Below are positions 24,299 through 35,798 of a DNA stretch of 64,000 bases, piece after piece. Below the pieces are notes generated by a model. The model was not told the DNA's origin and did not search any database. It saw nothing but the letters and a program-made list of their open reading frames with translations. The stretch is from Sphaerodactylus townsendi (Eukaryota), in assembly GCF_021028975.2 (NCBI RefSeq), contig NC_059437.1, positions 27,094,001 through 27,158,000 on the forward strand, given 5' to 3'. The first letter of the stretch is position 1. Each line of letters starts with the position of its first letter. Position numbers and translations under genes: made by a program.

Positions 24299-25537
24299 GT
24301 AAGTCACATGTTCATGATGGTTTACGTCCTCCAAGAAACGAACAAAGGAGGCCTGTGAGTGATGTAGACATGGGACGTGCTAATGTTACTGAACAACTGT
24401 GCATGTCGTTGACAGCATAAGCATACATCAATTCTAATAAAGAGTGTGACCGTCACACACAGAAGTAGATCCCTTTCAGGCGTAATGCTTTGCTGGCTGC
24501 AAATTTGCATTCCTCCTCAAAATGTGTGTGTGTGGGGGGGAAGGATCACCTCTTTGCTCCTCAGTAATTGTACATTTGATTTATAAAGCATTTCCCCGCC
24601 CTATCAGTAAAAGACTTCTGCATGGATGGAAGATGGAGTAACTAGGGAGGAAATTTCATTTAATATCTTTTTTTGTTTCCACGTGTTGTCTTGTGAGTCT
24701 TTTTGGGAGTCCATTTGCAATGCTGGCATGCCTGATTCAGTTCTCCCCCCCTCCCCCCATGGCATTTTTATGCCATTAGTATTAAGTTGGTGCATTAAAC
24801 TGAATGGGGGGGGGGAAGTGATGAACGGGATTGTATACAAAAGAGGCAACATTTTGGCATGAAGAAATTGGCATGGCAGGCACAAAAATAAAATGGGTTG
24901 AATTCACACAAAAGAGAAACAAAATGCAGTTTTCGAGTCAAATGGATTGTGGGGGATAGGGATTAATGTTTTTCCCACTACCATTTCCTTTATCAGAATC
25001 ATCTGCTAAACTGCTCTTTGCCCCTGAAAAGTAAATATCTATATTGTAAACAGCTGCTGGGATAGAGATGCCAGCCTCCTGGTGGGACCTGGGGATCTGC
25101 TGTAATTACAGTTCATCTCTAGACTACAGAGATCGGTTCCCCTGGAGAAAACTGATGCTTTGGAAGGTGAACTCTATGGCCTTGTACCCCACTGAGGTTC
25201 CTGTCCTCCCCAGGCTCCATTCACAAATCCCCAGGAGGCTCCCAGCCCACATCAGACAACCAGGGAGGTCATGACAACCTTACATCTAACATTTGCAACT
25301 GCCAGTCAAGCTTTTTCAAGTGGTTGAAGGGAATGCTCACACCAAAGAATTTTAACTACAGCACAAGAGTTTTTGCACGTCAATAGGTATAAAAGCTGAT
25401 CAGGGGAAATATGTAGATACCTTTTCTCCAGCCTAACCTACCTCCCATGTGAGGACAAAATGGAGGAGAGGAGAATCATGTAAACTGTTTGGGTCCCTTT
25501 TGGAGAGAAAGGTGGGAATAAGCAAACAAAATAAATA

Positions 25538-26140
25538 CTGTATATATTCGAATATAAGCTGACCCGAATATAAGCCGAGACACCTAATTTTACCACAAAA
25601 AATTGGGGAAACTTATTGACTCGAGTATAAGCCTAGGGTGGGAAGTGCAGCAGCTACTGGTAAATTTCAAAAATAAAAATAGATACCAATAAAATTACAT
25701 TAATTGAGGCATCAGTAGGTTAAATGTTTTTGAATATTTATATCAAAGAAAAACAGTAAACTAGCTCTGTAAGTGGAAAAGAGGGTCAACAAAAACAATA
25801 TGGTATCAACAATAACTTTTAAAAGAGGTGATACAAAAAGGCTAGCCTTAGGCTCGAAATCAATCAGCAACCAAGCTAAAACACAAGAGTTAAAATCCTT
25901 CAAAACTAGATTCCTCCTCATCATCTGTATGTCCAAACAGAGCTTCAGCTATAGCTGGGGTGTGTGAGGCTACTGGAAGCACAGAATCAGTAGGGCTATT
26001 TATACTGTTGTATATAATATACCGTTACATACTCCAGTATACAGCAGTACCCAAATGTCTGGAAGCTTCAATGGGGGGGTTTCTTTTTTTCCAGGCATAA
26101 AATGTGTTGAAAAAGTCAGCTTATACATGAGTATTTACAG
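25538..26140. mobile_element. Tc1/mariner-superfamily (Tc2/pogo-like) non-autonomous DNA transposon
   Basis: TIRs CTGTATATATTCGAATATAAGCTGAC / GTCAGCTTATACATGAGTATTTACAG, flanked by TA on both sides; sub-terminal repeats of CGARTATAAGC. Confidence 0.85.
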
Positions 26141-27436
26141 TATATAAATCTAATTTAGAAAATAATTGTACCCCAGAGTGACTTATTCAGTAAACTCTGG
26201 TATACAAGTTATAACTCGACTGATTAATAGCCCCTTCCAAAGGGTGTGAATACACTGGTGGAAAAGCTAGCATTGGGAGAGCCACACTGGATGGATTTGC
26301 CCCTCCCTCTGGGGCGAGTTCTCTGAGTAGGAGAGGGGCAAAATCCAGGATTTGAGGTGGTATTGTGGCCACCATGGCCCTCTCCCATGATAGGATGCAG
26401 TGCTGGATGCCACACCCTGCACCCTCACCTCTAACAGTTAAATGGGAATGGTCTGGGGGGCATGGCTGGGGGAGGAGCCAACATTAGTTGGTTTCCTCCT
26501 GGCCATTGTCTCTGTTGAGCAGGTGACCAGAGCTTTGGACTTATTATGCCGCCCAAATGGTGACATGAGTCCATTATACTCAATGGAGGCTTCCATATGG
26601 CAAAGAGCCTTTTTTACTTTTTAAGCTTCCCCATGATACCATGCTTCTAAGCTACAGCTTTCCTGCTACAGATCTGGCAGAAAAAGAAACAAAATATGGC
26701 CATTGGCTCAGCATTGTGAGGTGACTTCTGGAGAAAACCTGAAAGTTACACTGGTCCTGTGTAGGAATCAGTAGAAAATTTTTGGTGAAACCATAGAGTT
26801 TCTTGGAATGTCTAGAGACAACTAATGTCACCAGAGGAGATCCTTAAAGTTCCACCCATTTTCCACTACTTTCCAGGTCATGACTTCCAGGCCCTGGCAA
26901 CCCTGCTGTAGACATGATGCTACCAATCTTGATTTCCAGAAAAGCTATATACATCACATGCTTTACCAAAGCACAGTTCCATTACGGCAGTTCAATATCC
27001 TTAATCTAATTGCTCTGCAATTTGATTTCAAAGGAAATCTCTTATGTGGCTTGATATAGATCCATGATGTTGACTGAGAAATTATAAACTTTTTTTTCAA
27101 GTCACCAACCTGAAAATACCAATAGGAAGGAAACTTCTACGCTAAGAAATTAAGAAATCTGAAACAACACTGTGTGTGCAACATGAAAACAAAATTCATT
27201 CACAACTGACATGTATTGGACATGTACCCTCAGCATTGAAATTTCAGATTGCTGAGCTGAGAAATACTTTTCTGCACTAACATTGCAAATTCACACATTA
27301 TTTACACTAGCGTTTGTTCGTTTTTGAAGATGCAGTTGTTTCCAAACAGTAGATTTTCCCAGAATCTATCTTCAGAGAAGAAGCTGAACAGGGGATGAGA
27401 AAACACCAAATAAATATATATGGTTTAGATCCGGTC

Positions 27437-27611
27437 CAGTGGCGTAGCGCCAACGGGGTCAAGTGGGGCACGATGCCCCGGGCGGAGCAGCAGAGGGGGC
27501 ATGGCCAGGCCACAGAGATGGCAGGGTGTTCTGAGGGTGAGGCAGATGGTGCTGTGACAGGGGCACAGGGCATGCGTGCCCCGGACACAGTTCCCCCTTG
27601 CTCCACCTCTG
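27437..27611. mobile_element. hAT MITE (CAGTGGCGTAGC TIR)
   Basis: CAGTGGCGTAGC / GCTCCACCTCTG; degenerate 8-bp TSD ATCCGGTC / ACCTGGTT; related to 7073-7238. Confidence 0.75.
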
Positions 27612-27659
27612 ACCTGGTTAGAGTATTACCACAAAATATCAACTCTGACTGACTGACAG

Positions 27660-27900
27660 TATTTTATTTATTTATTTATTTATTTTATTAGACTTTTATA
27701 CCGCCCCATCCCCGAAGGGCTCTGGGCGGTTCACAACATACAAAATACATTATAAAATGATTACATATAGAAGCAGCGATAAAAATTCCAATTCCTGTTC
27801 CAAATTTAAAAGTTCAGAAGATCAAATTTAAGTTTAAAATATAAATATAAATATAAATAAAAAGTGGCGTCCAGCGATCTATCAACATAAAAGTCCTCCT
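27660..27900 (-). mobile_element. L2-type LINE 3' tail (5'-truncated)
   Basis: (TTTA)n followed by TATACCGCCCCATCCCCGAAGGGCTCTGGGCGG, the reverse complement of the tail at 10541-10605. Confidence 0.65.
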
Positions 27901-28689
27901 CCCAAGAAAGGGAGGCATGGCGAGTCACATGAGATGGTTAGTTCTTCCAGGCCTCAAGAAAAGAGCATGATGCCAAAAATCTTTCAACTGGAGGTGGCCT
28001 GGCCTGGCAGAAGCCTTCCTATTCCCCCTCTACCTTCCCATGGCCCCACATCAAAGCCTGATCTGGCAGGGCAGAGGCAGCTAAACTTGAGTCTTTCAAC
28101 ATACACATTTCTCCATAGGTTTAGTCCCGCTTTGAGAGATAGATCACCTATAGATGTATACAATTGGCCCTTATCATCTTGAGACAGTACAAGACTTAGC
28201 AGCTTTATATCTGTTCTGTGTGGGAAGACGGCCCATAGGCCAATGGAGATTTCAGAAGCCTGTGAAAATGCACATCAAATATAAAATAAATTAACAATAA
28301 CTTCCTTTTCTTTGTACAACCCAACCTGTTGTCCCTAAAATTGTAAATCAAACAAGTATGGCAGTGATATTTATTTATCATGTTTTTTTTCCTCTCAAGG
28401 TAGTCTCCAAGCCAAGCACTGACCAACCTCAGACTTGTTTGCTTATTTTACTTTGGAATTTTCCTGCCATTGGGGACCAAAAGCAGGTCATAGCATTCTA
28501 CCATTCCCTGTTTATCTTTTTTCAAAAAATCTTCACAGCAACCCTGTATAGTAGGTTAGGATTAAAGTGCATATGTGACTGGTTCACCCAGAGGGCATCC
28601 ATGGCTGCACAAAGATTTGAACCACAATCTACCAGATCCTAGTCTAGCACTCTTTTATTTATTTAATTAATTATTTATTTTATATCCTA

Positions 28690-28880
28690 TCTTTCTTCCC
28701 AGTGTTTTCACCATTCTTCTCGCTGTTTTATTCTCACAAAAACCTGGTGAGGTAGGTTAGGCTGAGAGTGTATGACTGGCCCAAGGTCACTCAGTTACTT
28801 TCCATGGTAGAGTAAGGGTTCAAACCTGGGTCTCCCAGCTCTTAGTTCAACACAGTAACCATTATGCCACATTGACTCTT
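28690..28880 (-). mobile_element. tRNA-derived SINE
   Basis: GTGAGGTAGGTTAGGCTGAGAG..GACTGGCCCAAGGTCAC...TTCAAACCTGGGTCTCCC...TAACCATTATGCCAC. Confidence 0.7.
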
Positions 28881-30446
28881 TGCATATTATATGCTGCATC
28901 ATGTGCTTTTCTATTGTACCCATCCTAACATATAATTCCCTAATGCATGGAATTTTGCGATGACTCACTTGCCACCAATTACCATACAGGAGTCATCACA
29001 ACATTCCATCCTCTGCCCACCTCTCACCTCCCAACCCAGGAGCAAGGCAGGCCTGGTGGGAAAGTGGCTCCTTACCTGGCCTGGCAGAAGCCTTCCTATT
29101 CCCTGCCCCCTCCTGTGGCCCTATACTCAAGCCAGATCTGGCTGGGCAGAGGCAGCAAGCTGTCCTCCCACCAGGTCTGGTAACAGCATCTCCTGTGCCC
29201 CTCCCCTGCCCTCTCCCAGCTCCAAACCCAAGCTAGGCCCAGTAGGGCACAGTCACTAACCGCCCCCCTGCCAGGCCTGGCAACAGCATCCCCAGTCCCC
29301 CCAGGCGCTCCCCTTGCCCCATACCCAAGCCAGGCCCATCCCACCCACCTCCATACTCAAAGCAAAACAGTGGGGTGCCCTACCACACTACCAAGACTGT
29401 GGCTTCAGAGATCCACCTGCAGCTGCCCCAGTGCCATGGCAGGAACTGGAGACAGAGGGCAAGATGGAGAGGCAATGCTGGAGGGAAGTTATGATTGCCT
29501 GGAAGAAGATGCTGACAACTACTTCAGATAGGAAACGGGTGGGGGTGGGGTGGCGGTAAAGCATCATTAAAGCCCATTTCAGTGGAAAATGTTTGCTTAC
29601 CCCCCTTTTCTTGAGCCCACTACATTTCCTTCTGCTATGAGCTTTATTGATGGTAGTTATAATGTGAGGGATTAAACCAAAAGACTCTTGTAAAAGACTT
29701 TTAAAGGTCTTACAGGTGGAATGGCCTTTTGCAAAGGGTATGCTTTTATGATTCTCCTCATTCCTCTCCATTTTTTGTTCTGTTACCTAGTCTTCTTTCC
29801 AAAGTTGAAGTGATTCAACAGGATTATCCATTTTAAAATGTTTGAATTTTTAACAGAGCACCGGGCATCCATACTTTGCCAAAACTCTCAGTTCCTTCAC
29901 ATCATGTGCTCACTCCCACCCTTTTTTGATGAATGCACATATACTCATTGAGAAAACACAGCAAAAAAGCATGTGACTGTTTGCTACTCAGCTGCAAGAT
30001 GCTTGCTGTTTTGTATTTTTTTTCTGCAGGAGTGCGTGTGAACATTAATAAAACATTGCACAGAACAGATTTGATAGACACATACATAAAAATCACAGAA
30101 TGCTTTTCTTGAAGTGTTTGCAGTGTTGAAAATACGGAGATAGGAAAAATTAAAATTAATTGGGGCACTGAAGACTCTGGAAAACTGTACATGATCAAAT
30201 TTTTGAATTAATTTTTAGCAATTATCCTAGTTGAACCCTATTTAAGGAGCAGTGCAATGGATGACAGCATAAGAGAACACAGAACAAAAAAGAGAGGTGA
30301 GATTGGAAATGTATGGTTATGACATCATTCCATTCCATATTCCTTCTATATTTTTGCTGCAAGCATTCCATTCTGAATCTTTTAGATAATCTACTGTGAA
30401 TTTACGTGAATTTTCTTGGGCTGGATTCACACCCAGTACCAATTTT

Positions 30447-31500
30447 AAGGTGGAGTGAAAAGTGGGAAGAGGAACATTAACAATTTAAGATAAGCCAATG
30501 ACACTACATTACTGGCAGGAAATGGCAACTTGAAACAATTACTGCTGAAAGTTAAAGGAGGAAGTTCCAAAACAGCTGCACTCAAGAAGGCAAAAGTAAT
30601 GACTATGGGAGAATTACTCAACTTTGAGGTGGACAATGAAGAAATTGAAATAGTTCAAGACTTTCTATACCTTGCCTCCATCATCAACCAAAAGGGACAC
30701 TGTTGTCAAGAAATCAGGAGACTGAAACTGGGAAGGGCAGCTGTGAAGTAGCTAGAAAAGTTTCTTAAGTGTAAGGATGGGTCACTGCCAACCATGATCA
30801 AGTTAATTCATGCTGTGGTTTTCCTTTTTACTATGTATGGTTGTGAAAGCTGGGCAGTGAAGAAAACTAACTGAAAAAAAGTAGATTCCTTTGAAACGTG
30901 GTGTTAGAAGAGGATGTTACACAGAGGTGGGATCCAACCAGTTCTCACCACTTCTCTAGAAGTGGTTACTATTTTTTTCTGAGTGCCGAGAAGGGGTTAC
31001 TAAAGCAACCTCCCAGCCCAATAGGAACTGGAGGTGCGTGTGTGCAGCGGTGCCACTGTTTGAATCCCACCACCATTGGAACCTGTTATTAAAATTTTTG
31101 GATCCCACCACTGGTGTTACTGATATCGTGGACTGCCCCCCAAAAGAAGTGTCCCTAGAGACAGGGTAGGAACCTGCGGCTCTCAGATGTTCAGGACTAC
31201 AATTCCCATCAGCCCTACCAGCACTTGGCCGATTGGCCATGTGACTGATAGGGTGGATTCAGGCTGTCAGGCTCCCTCTCTAACTAAAATGACTAAACTG
31301 AGGCTATCATACTTTGGCATCATATTTTGGCAGGAAAAGAGCAACACCCAACATGAGATGGATCGACTCTACTGCATTTTGTTTCTCTTTTGTGTGAATT
31401 CAGTTTGCAAAACCTGAGCAAGGCTGTTAACAATAGGATGTTTGGGAGGATGTTGATTCATTCAGAGTCAGAAGCAACTTGACAGCACTTGACACACATG
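30447..31500 (+). mobile_element. RTE/BovB-clade LINE, 5'-truncated ORF2 relic with two nested MITEs
   Basis: GGVK.GKRNINNLR*ANDTTLLA (YADD region), EEIEIVQDFLYLASII, EIRRLKLGRAA, VVF..TMYGCESWAVKK. 3' tail GAGTCAGAAGCAACTTGACAGCAC. Confidence 0.9.
30922..31113. mobile_element. hAT MITE (same family as 11067-11248) nested in the RTE LINE
   Basis: CAGAGGTGGGATCC / GGATCCCACCACTG; TSD ATGTTACA / GTGTTACT; body nearly identical to the copy in the RPS23 pseudogene. Confidence 0.9.
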
Positions 31501-32051
31501 CATACCCTCCCACTTTAATCTTTATTTTATATAGATTTGATTATGTATCTCAGTCACTAGTTACTCACTACTTCCATAGCAATAGTATATACCTTATGGG
31601 AATATACATACAGTTCTGTTCTGCAACATAATTGGAATGGTGTGTCTCTGAGAAAATTCCCATTCCGAGAGGAATTGCGAGTATCTCAGGGGGACTCCAC
31701 TCATCCCTATTTACAATTTGGTGATTATGTGGACAGAATTTATATGATCGGCAGGGGGGAGAGAACAAAATTAAATCCAGGAATGATGATCATTTAGTTG
31801 TCAGTTTTTCCCCCCTTAGCCATTTGAGGTCAGCTCATTAGTCAAAGAGATGATTGCTAATTGTTCAAGCTGCTTATGCTCCTGGGACATCCATATTCCA
31901 CACAATGAAGAACTGGTAGCCTGGCACCCTCAGGCTGAAATGTGTTGATGTTTGAGATGCTCTTTCCTTACTCTTTGCCTCACGTTCTTGTTTTAGTGTG
32001 GAGAAGAGCACAAATGCTCATTTAAAGTTTTATAGTTTTCACTTTGTACAG

Positions 32052-32141
32052 GATGAGGGACGAACACCAAGCCAGACCCGTAATGGCTCCAGGCTACCAT
32101 TTGTAAAACAACTGGTTATTACAGCACGCAAGAACCTAAAG
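32052..32141 (+). other. Candidate 90-nt internal exon of an unidentified gene
   Basis: Acceptor TTTTCACTTTGTACAG|, donor AAG|GTACCC, retained CpGs. The phase-0 frame is open: DEGRTPSQTRNGSRLPFVKQLVITARKNLK. Confidence 0.5.
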
Positions 32142-32534
32142 GTACCCTGAAGTTCTGCTGCTGTCTTTGTTCGTATGGTGAATATTATATACTCAGTAAT
32201 GTGTCTGAAGGCCAGAGGAGCTACTTAATGGAGTTGTTAAAAATAATTGGTGATTGTGATGAAAAGTATCATAGCACCTCTTAAGATGCAGCTGACATGG
32301 ATGCCCTGCTCACAATCCATCTGTTCCCCAGGAGTGAATTGGACTACAGTTGGTGGCACCCACAGTAAGGGATCGTAACCTTACCACTACCTTTGTTTGT
32401 CATTCAAAAATGAAAAAATAACTCAAGAATATGACTCAAGGACATGCATATCTGTCATTCCAACGCCAAGCACTGGCACCAGTAAGCAAAACACACACAA
32501 TTGGATGTTGTGCATTCATTTACTTGGTCTACTT

Positions 32535-32682
32535 CAGGGGTAGGGAACCTGCGGCTCTCCAGATGTTCAGGAACTACAATTCCCATCAGCCCCTACCAGC
32601 ATGGCCAATTGGCCATGCTGACAGAGGCTGATGGGAATTGTAGTTCCTGAACATCTGGAGAGCCGCAGGTTCCCTACCCCTG
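32535..32682. mobile_element. 148-bp near-perfect palindromic hAT MITE
   Basis: CAGGGGTAGGGAACCTGCGGCTCTCCAGATGTTCAGGAACTACAATTCCCATCAGCC...mirror image; perfect TSD GTCTACTT at 32527-34 and 32683-90. Confidence 0.95.
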
Positions 32683-33555
32683 GTCTACTTGGTCTACTGG
32701 GAGTTTGGGCTGCAGTTGTTTAACCCTAGTTAGTCTGTCTTGAATTACAGCTGGGCCAAAATAAGGTGAGGTAGAAGGCAGTTTGAATAACATTTCATCG
32801 CTATCAAAATATTTTTGTGGGAAGCACAAAAAGGGCAAAGCAGGTGTTCATCTGTTGTGTGGAGGAGGATACTGGAGATGGGAGGGAATACATCTCTGTA
32901 TTGCTCAGGCAACTGAAGGATACTTTCTGTCTCCCTATGATGCACTAATGAAGGGGAGCAATGAAAACTTGAAACAATGAAAATGCTGCAGTGCAGCATG
33001 GGGAGCCAGGGAGCATTAACCTGCTGCCTCAGCAGTGCTGTGATATTCTTTTCTTTCCTGACCAAGAGCAATGCTGCTCTGCTCACCTTTAGCAAGGATG
33101 GTTACATAAGTAACCCAATACACTACATTCAGAGCACCACAACATCCTGGCAGTCACTACATGATCCCTGATTGGTTGGGAACAATGGGAAAGTAATGGT
33201 GCTGGAAAAGCAATCTGAAATAGCGGTCTGGAGGGACTTCAATGGGCAGTTGGCTCACCTCTCTCCCAATATTCATTTCCCAAATTTTCAGTATAAATGT
33301 GGCACGTTCTGTGTTTCTCTCCAACAGAGAGCAGGAAAAAACCTGAATTCAGCTCTCTTTTCCTTTCCCCTCCAAAAGGGGTCATTCAGCTCTAGGAAGC
33401 ATACACAGAAATGGTTTACATCTGCATGTTTCGCTTTTGGATCAGGACTCTTTACCCTTAAGTCATATTGATTTCACTGGAACTTATTTCTGTGTGAGTT
33501 TGGGATCACAATCATCACTTCTCTTATGATGCTTTCAGCTAAAAATACTACTGAA

Positions 33556-33760
33556 CGATGACCCAGGCTGGCATGATCTCATCAGATTTCAGAAGATAAG
33601 CAGTGTCACCCCTGATAAATACTGAGATGGGAGACCATCAAGAAATACAAGCATCTTTATGCTGAGGAAGGCAATGGCAAAGCACCTCTCTTAATCTCTT
33701 GCCTTGAAAACCCTACTTAGTCAAAAATCATCTGCGACTTGGTGACACTTTATATACACA
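33556..33760 (+). mobile_element. 5S-Sauria-like SINE
   Basis: GATCTCATCAGATTTCAGAAGATAAGCAG...GATGGGAGACC (5S-like) + GAGGAAGGCAATGGCAAAGCACCTC..CTCTTGCCTTGAAAACCC..GCGACTTGGTGACAC. Confidence 0.8.
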
Positions 33761-34884
33761 CACACAATATGCTTTATATTCGACTTTGCATGGAGTTGGT
33801 TGAGTAGCTACAACTAATGCTGGATGTTGCTGCTTTTCTTTAACTGGGAGTTGACTGGTTAAGACACAACTAGCTGATTCTGCCCCAACTTTACTGGCTG
33901 CAAGTCAGATACTAGGCTAGGCTTGCCTCCAAGTTCTTGTTGCTTGATGTAGCCAGTTTCCTCTCATTCCAAGCAGTGGTCAGTTTCCTTTCTTCTGTAT
34001 TCCCTGACTTGACTGTCTATTGTAATGTCAGTAATACGTTTTGTTACTTGTTTCCTCTGGTCTTATCACCAGCAATGATGTTGATGTCCCATCCCCCCCC
34101 CCCCCATCTTCTTGTAGCTACTGTTAGGAATGGCTTTGAGTAGAGAGCACCAGGTCTTTGTTCTTCAAGTCCATCATGCCATATAAAAAAGCAAACCTAA
34201 TTGAAGGAGGGAAAGAATGGGTCTAACAAATATACTGTTTATAAAAATCAATTTTGGGCCTGTAATGAGGTAAGCAGTGGTATCTCTTCTTTAAACACTA
34301 TAATTAAATCAAGAGTCATGTTTGTCATGCTATTTTTGAAACTGTCATGCACTTCAGAAATCAGGGCTGCTACAGGATACGATTACCAAATAGGAAAGTC
34401 TGACTTCTATGCACTTCAATTTTTAACACCTGTGCTACTCGAAGTGACTAAAGCAAAGTCAAGTCACTGGCAGGTTGATGCAAGTGTGTGTGTGTGTGCG
34501 CACACACTTATGATGCGCAGAGAACAAGTCACAGATATATTTAAACCAGAAATATTATTTCTGAAGTGTGGAGTTAAAACTTTACTTTTTCTTTATCCCA
34601 TAGGATGATTTTGAGCAATCTTTATTCTCAAATGACCTATATCCAAAAATTTGACCCGCCAAATGCATTGTGGATGAGAAATGAGGGATCGTGCATAAAT
34701 TCACTCCTAGTTACAATTTTCTGCCAGTTCTGAAATCCTAGAAGATAACTAAACTGTTTGGAGTAATTATGTAGTTCACTCATCCATTGAGAGGAGATTT
34801 ATGAAGTCCTCATCCCTGCTGTTTTAATCTGAAAATCTACATTTCAATTTCACGTCACCATTGCACAAAGCAAACCTGTGTGTC

Positions 34885-35100
34885 TTTCTTGTGCTGTTCT
34901 TTTTTGTCATCAACTCACAGCTGATGTATGGCACTCCTGTAGAGTTTTAAAAGCAAGAGACATCCAGGGGTGGTTTGCCAGTGCCTGCCTCCATGTCATG
35001 ACTCTGGTATTCCTTGGAGGTCTCAAATACTCACCAGGGTTGATCCTGCTTACCTTTTGAAATCAGACAAAATCAGGCTAGCCTAGGCTCTCCAGGTCAG
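34885..35100 (-). mobile_element. 5S-Sauria-like SINE (minus strand)
   Basis: GGTGGTTTGCCAGTGCCTGCCTC...GGTATTCCTTGGAGGTCTC..AAATACT.ACCAGGG..GATCCTGCTTA. Confidence 0.7.
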
Positions 35101-35226
35101 AACTCTTCCTCAGTTTGAACTAAGGCCCCTTCCACACAAGTAAAATAATGCGTTTTCAAACCACTTTCACAACTGTTTGCAAGTGGATTTTGCCATTCCG
35201 CACAGCTTCAAACAGCACTGAAAGCA

Positions 35227-35437
35227 ATGTATTGTCGAAGGCTTTCACGGCCGGAATCACTTGGGTGCTGTGTGGTTTCCGGGCTGTATGGCTGTGTTCT
35301 AGCAGCATTCTCTCCTGACGTTTCGCCTGCATCTGTGGCTGGCATCTTCAGAAGATCCTCTGAAGATGCCAGCCACCAGGCTTGGCATCAGGAAGAAAAT
35401 GCTGCTAAGTAACCCTTAACCGAGGCTCCCCAACACC
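35227..35437. mobile_element. Penelope-like element inverted pseudo-LTR fragment
   Basis: GTATTGTCGAAGGCTTTCACGGCCGG...CCTGACGTTTCGCCTGCATCTGTGGCTGGCATCTTCAGA|AGATC|CTCTGAAGATGCCAGCC; AGCA duplicated at the junctions. Confidence 0.8.
35313..35355 (-). ncRNA. Minimal type I hammerhead ribozyme motif (Penelope-associated), intact core
   Basis: Minus-strand RNA: ucuu-CUGAAGA-u-GCC a GC cacagau GC a GGC-GAAA-CG-UC/agga. It has the conserved CUGANGA and GAAA boxes, stem II, palindromic ACGU helix III and stem I ucuu/agga. Confidence 0.75.
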
Positions 35438-35634
35438 AGCAGTTTGAAAGTGCATTATTCTGCATGTGCGGAACGAGCCTATGTGTGTTTAAAATGTGCT
35501 GGGGGGAGTAATATGACATTTCCCTGCCCCCCAGGGCTCTAAGTAGCCTGGCAGAAATATTCTCAGTGGAACTGTGTCACTACATAAAACAAATCCTACA
35601 ACATACTTACATGCAGATACAACCTACTTTCAGG

Positions 35635-35798
35635 TGAGTTGGTATGTTGATCTTCAGTAGAAGAGCTAGGTTTGAGTCCAGTACATCTTAAAGATCAACA
35701 AAATTTTCAGGGTATAAGCTTTCAAGAGAGCTTCGACTCTCAAAAGCTTATGCTCTGGAAATCTTATTGGTCTCTACTGGACTTCAGTCTAGCTCTTC
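35635..35798. mobile_element. Second Penelope-like family, palindromic pLTR remnant
   Basis: GAAGAGCTAG.TTTGAGTCCAGTA...GGGTATAAGCTTT|AAAGCTTATGCTCTG...TACTGGACTTCAGTCTAGCTCTTC inverted arms. Confidence 0.6.

Larger units (their letters stand above)
35124..35479. mobile_element. Harbinger-like MITE interrupted by a Penelope-like insert
   Basis: TAA|GGCCCCTTCCACAC...TGCATGTGCGGAACGAGCC. The uninterrupted copy at 52505 reads CACTGAAAGCAGTTTGAAAG (reverse complement) across the insertion site. Confidence 0.8.

Noticed and set aside
24267-32141. Naming the host gene of the candidate exons
   Set aside because: I could not reliably match the sequence or peptide to a known gene from memory, so the symbol is left empty pending BLAST.
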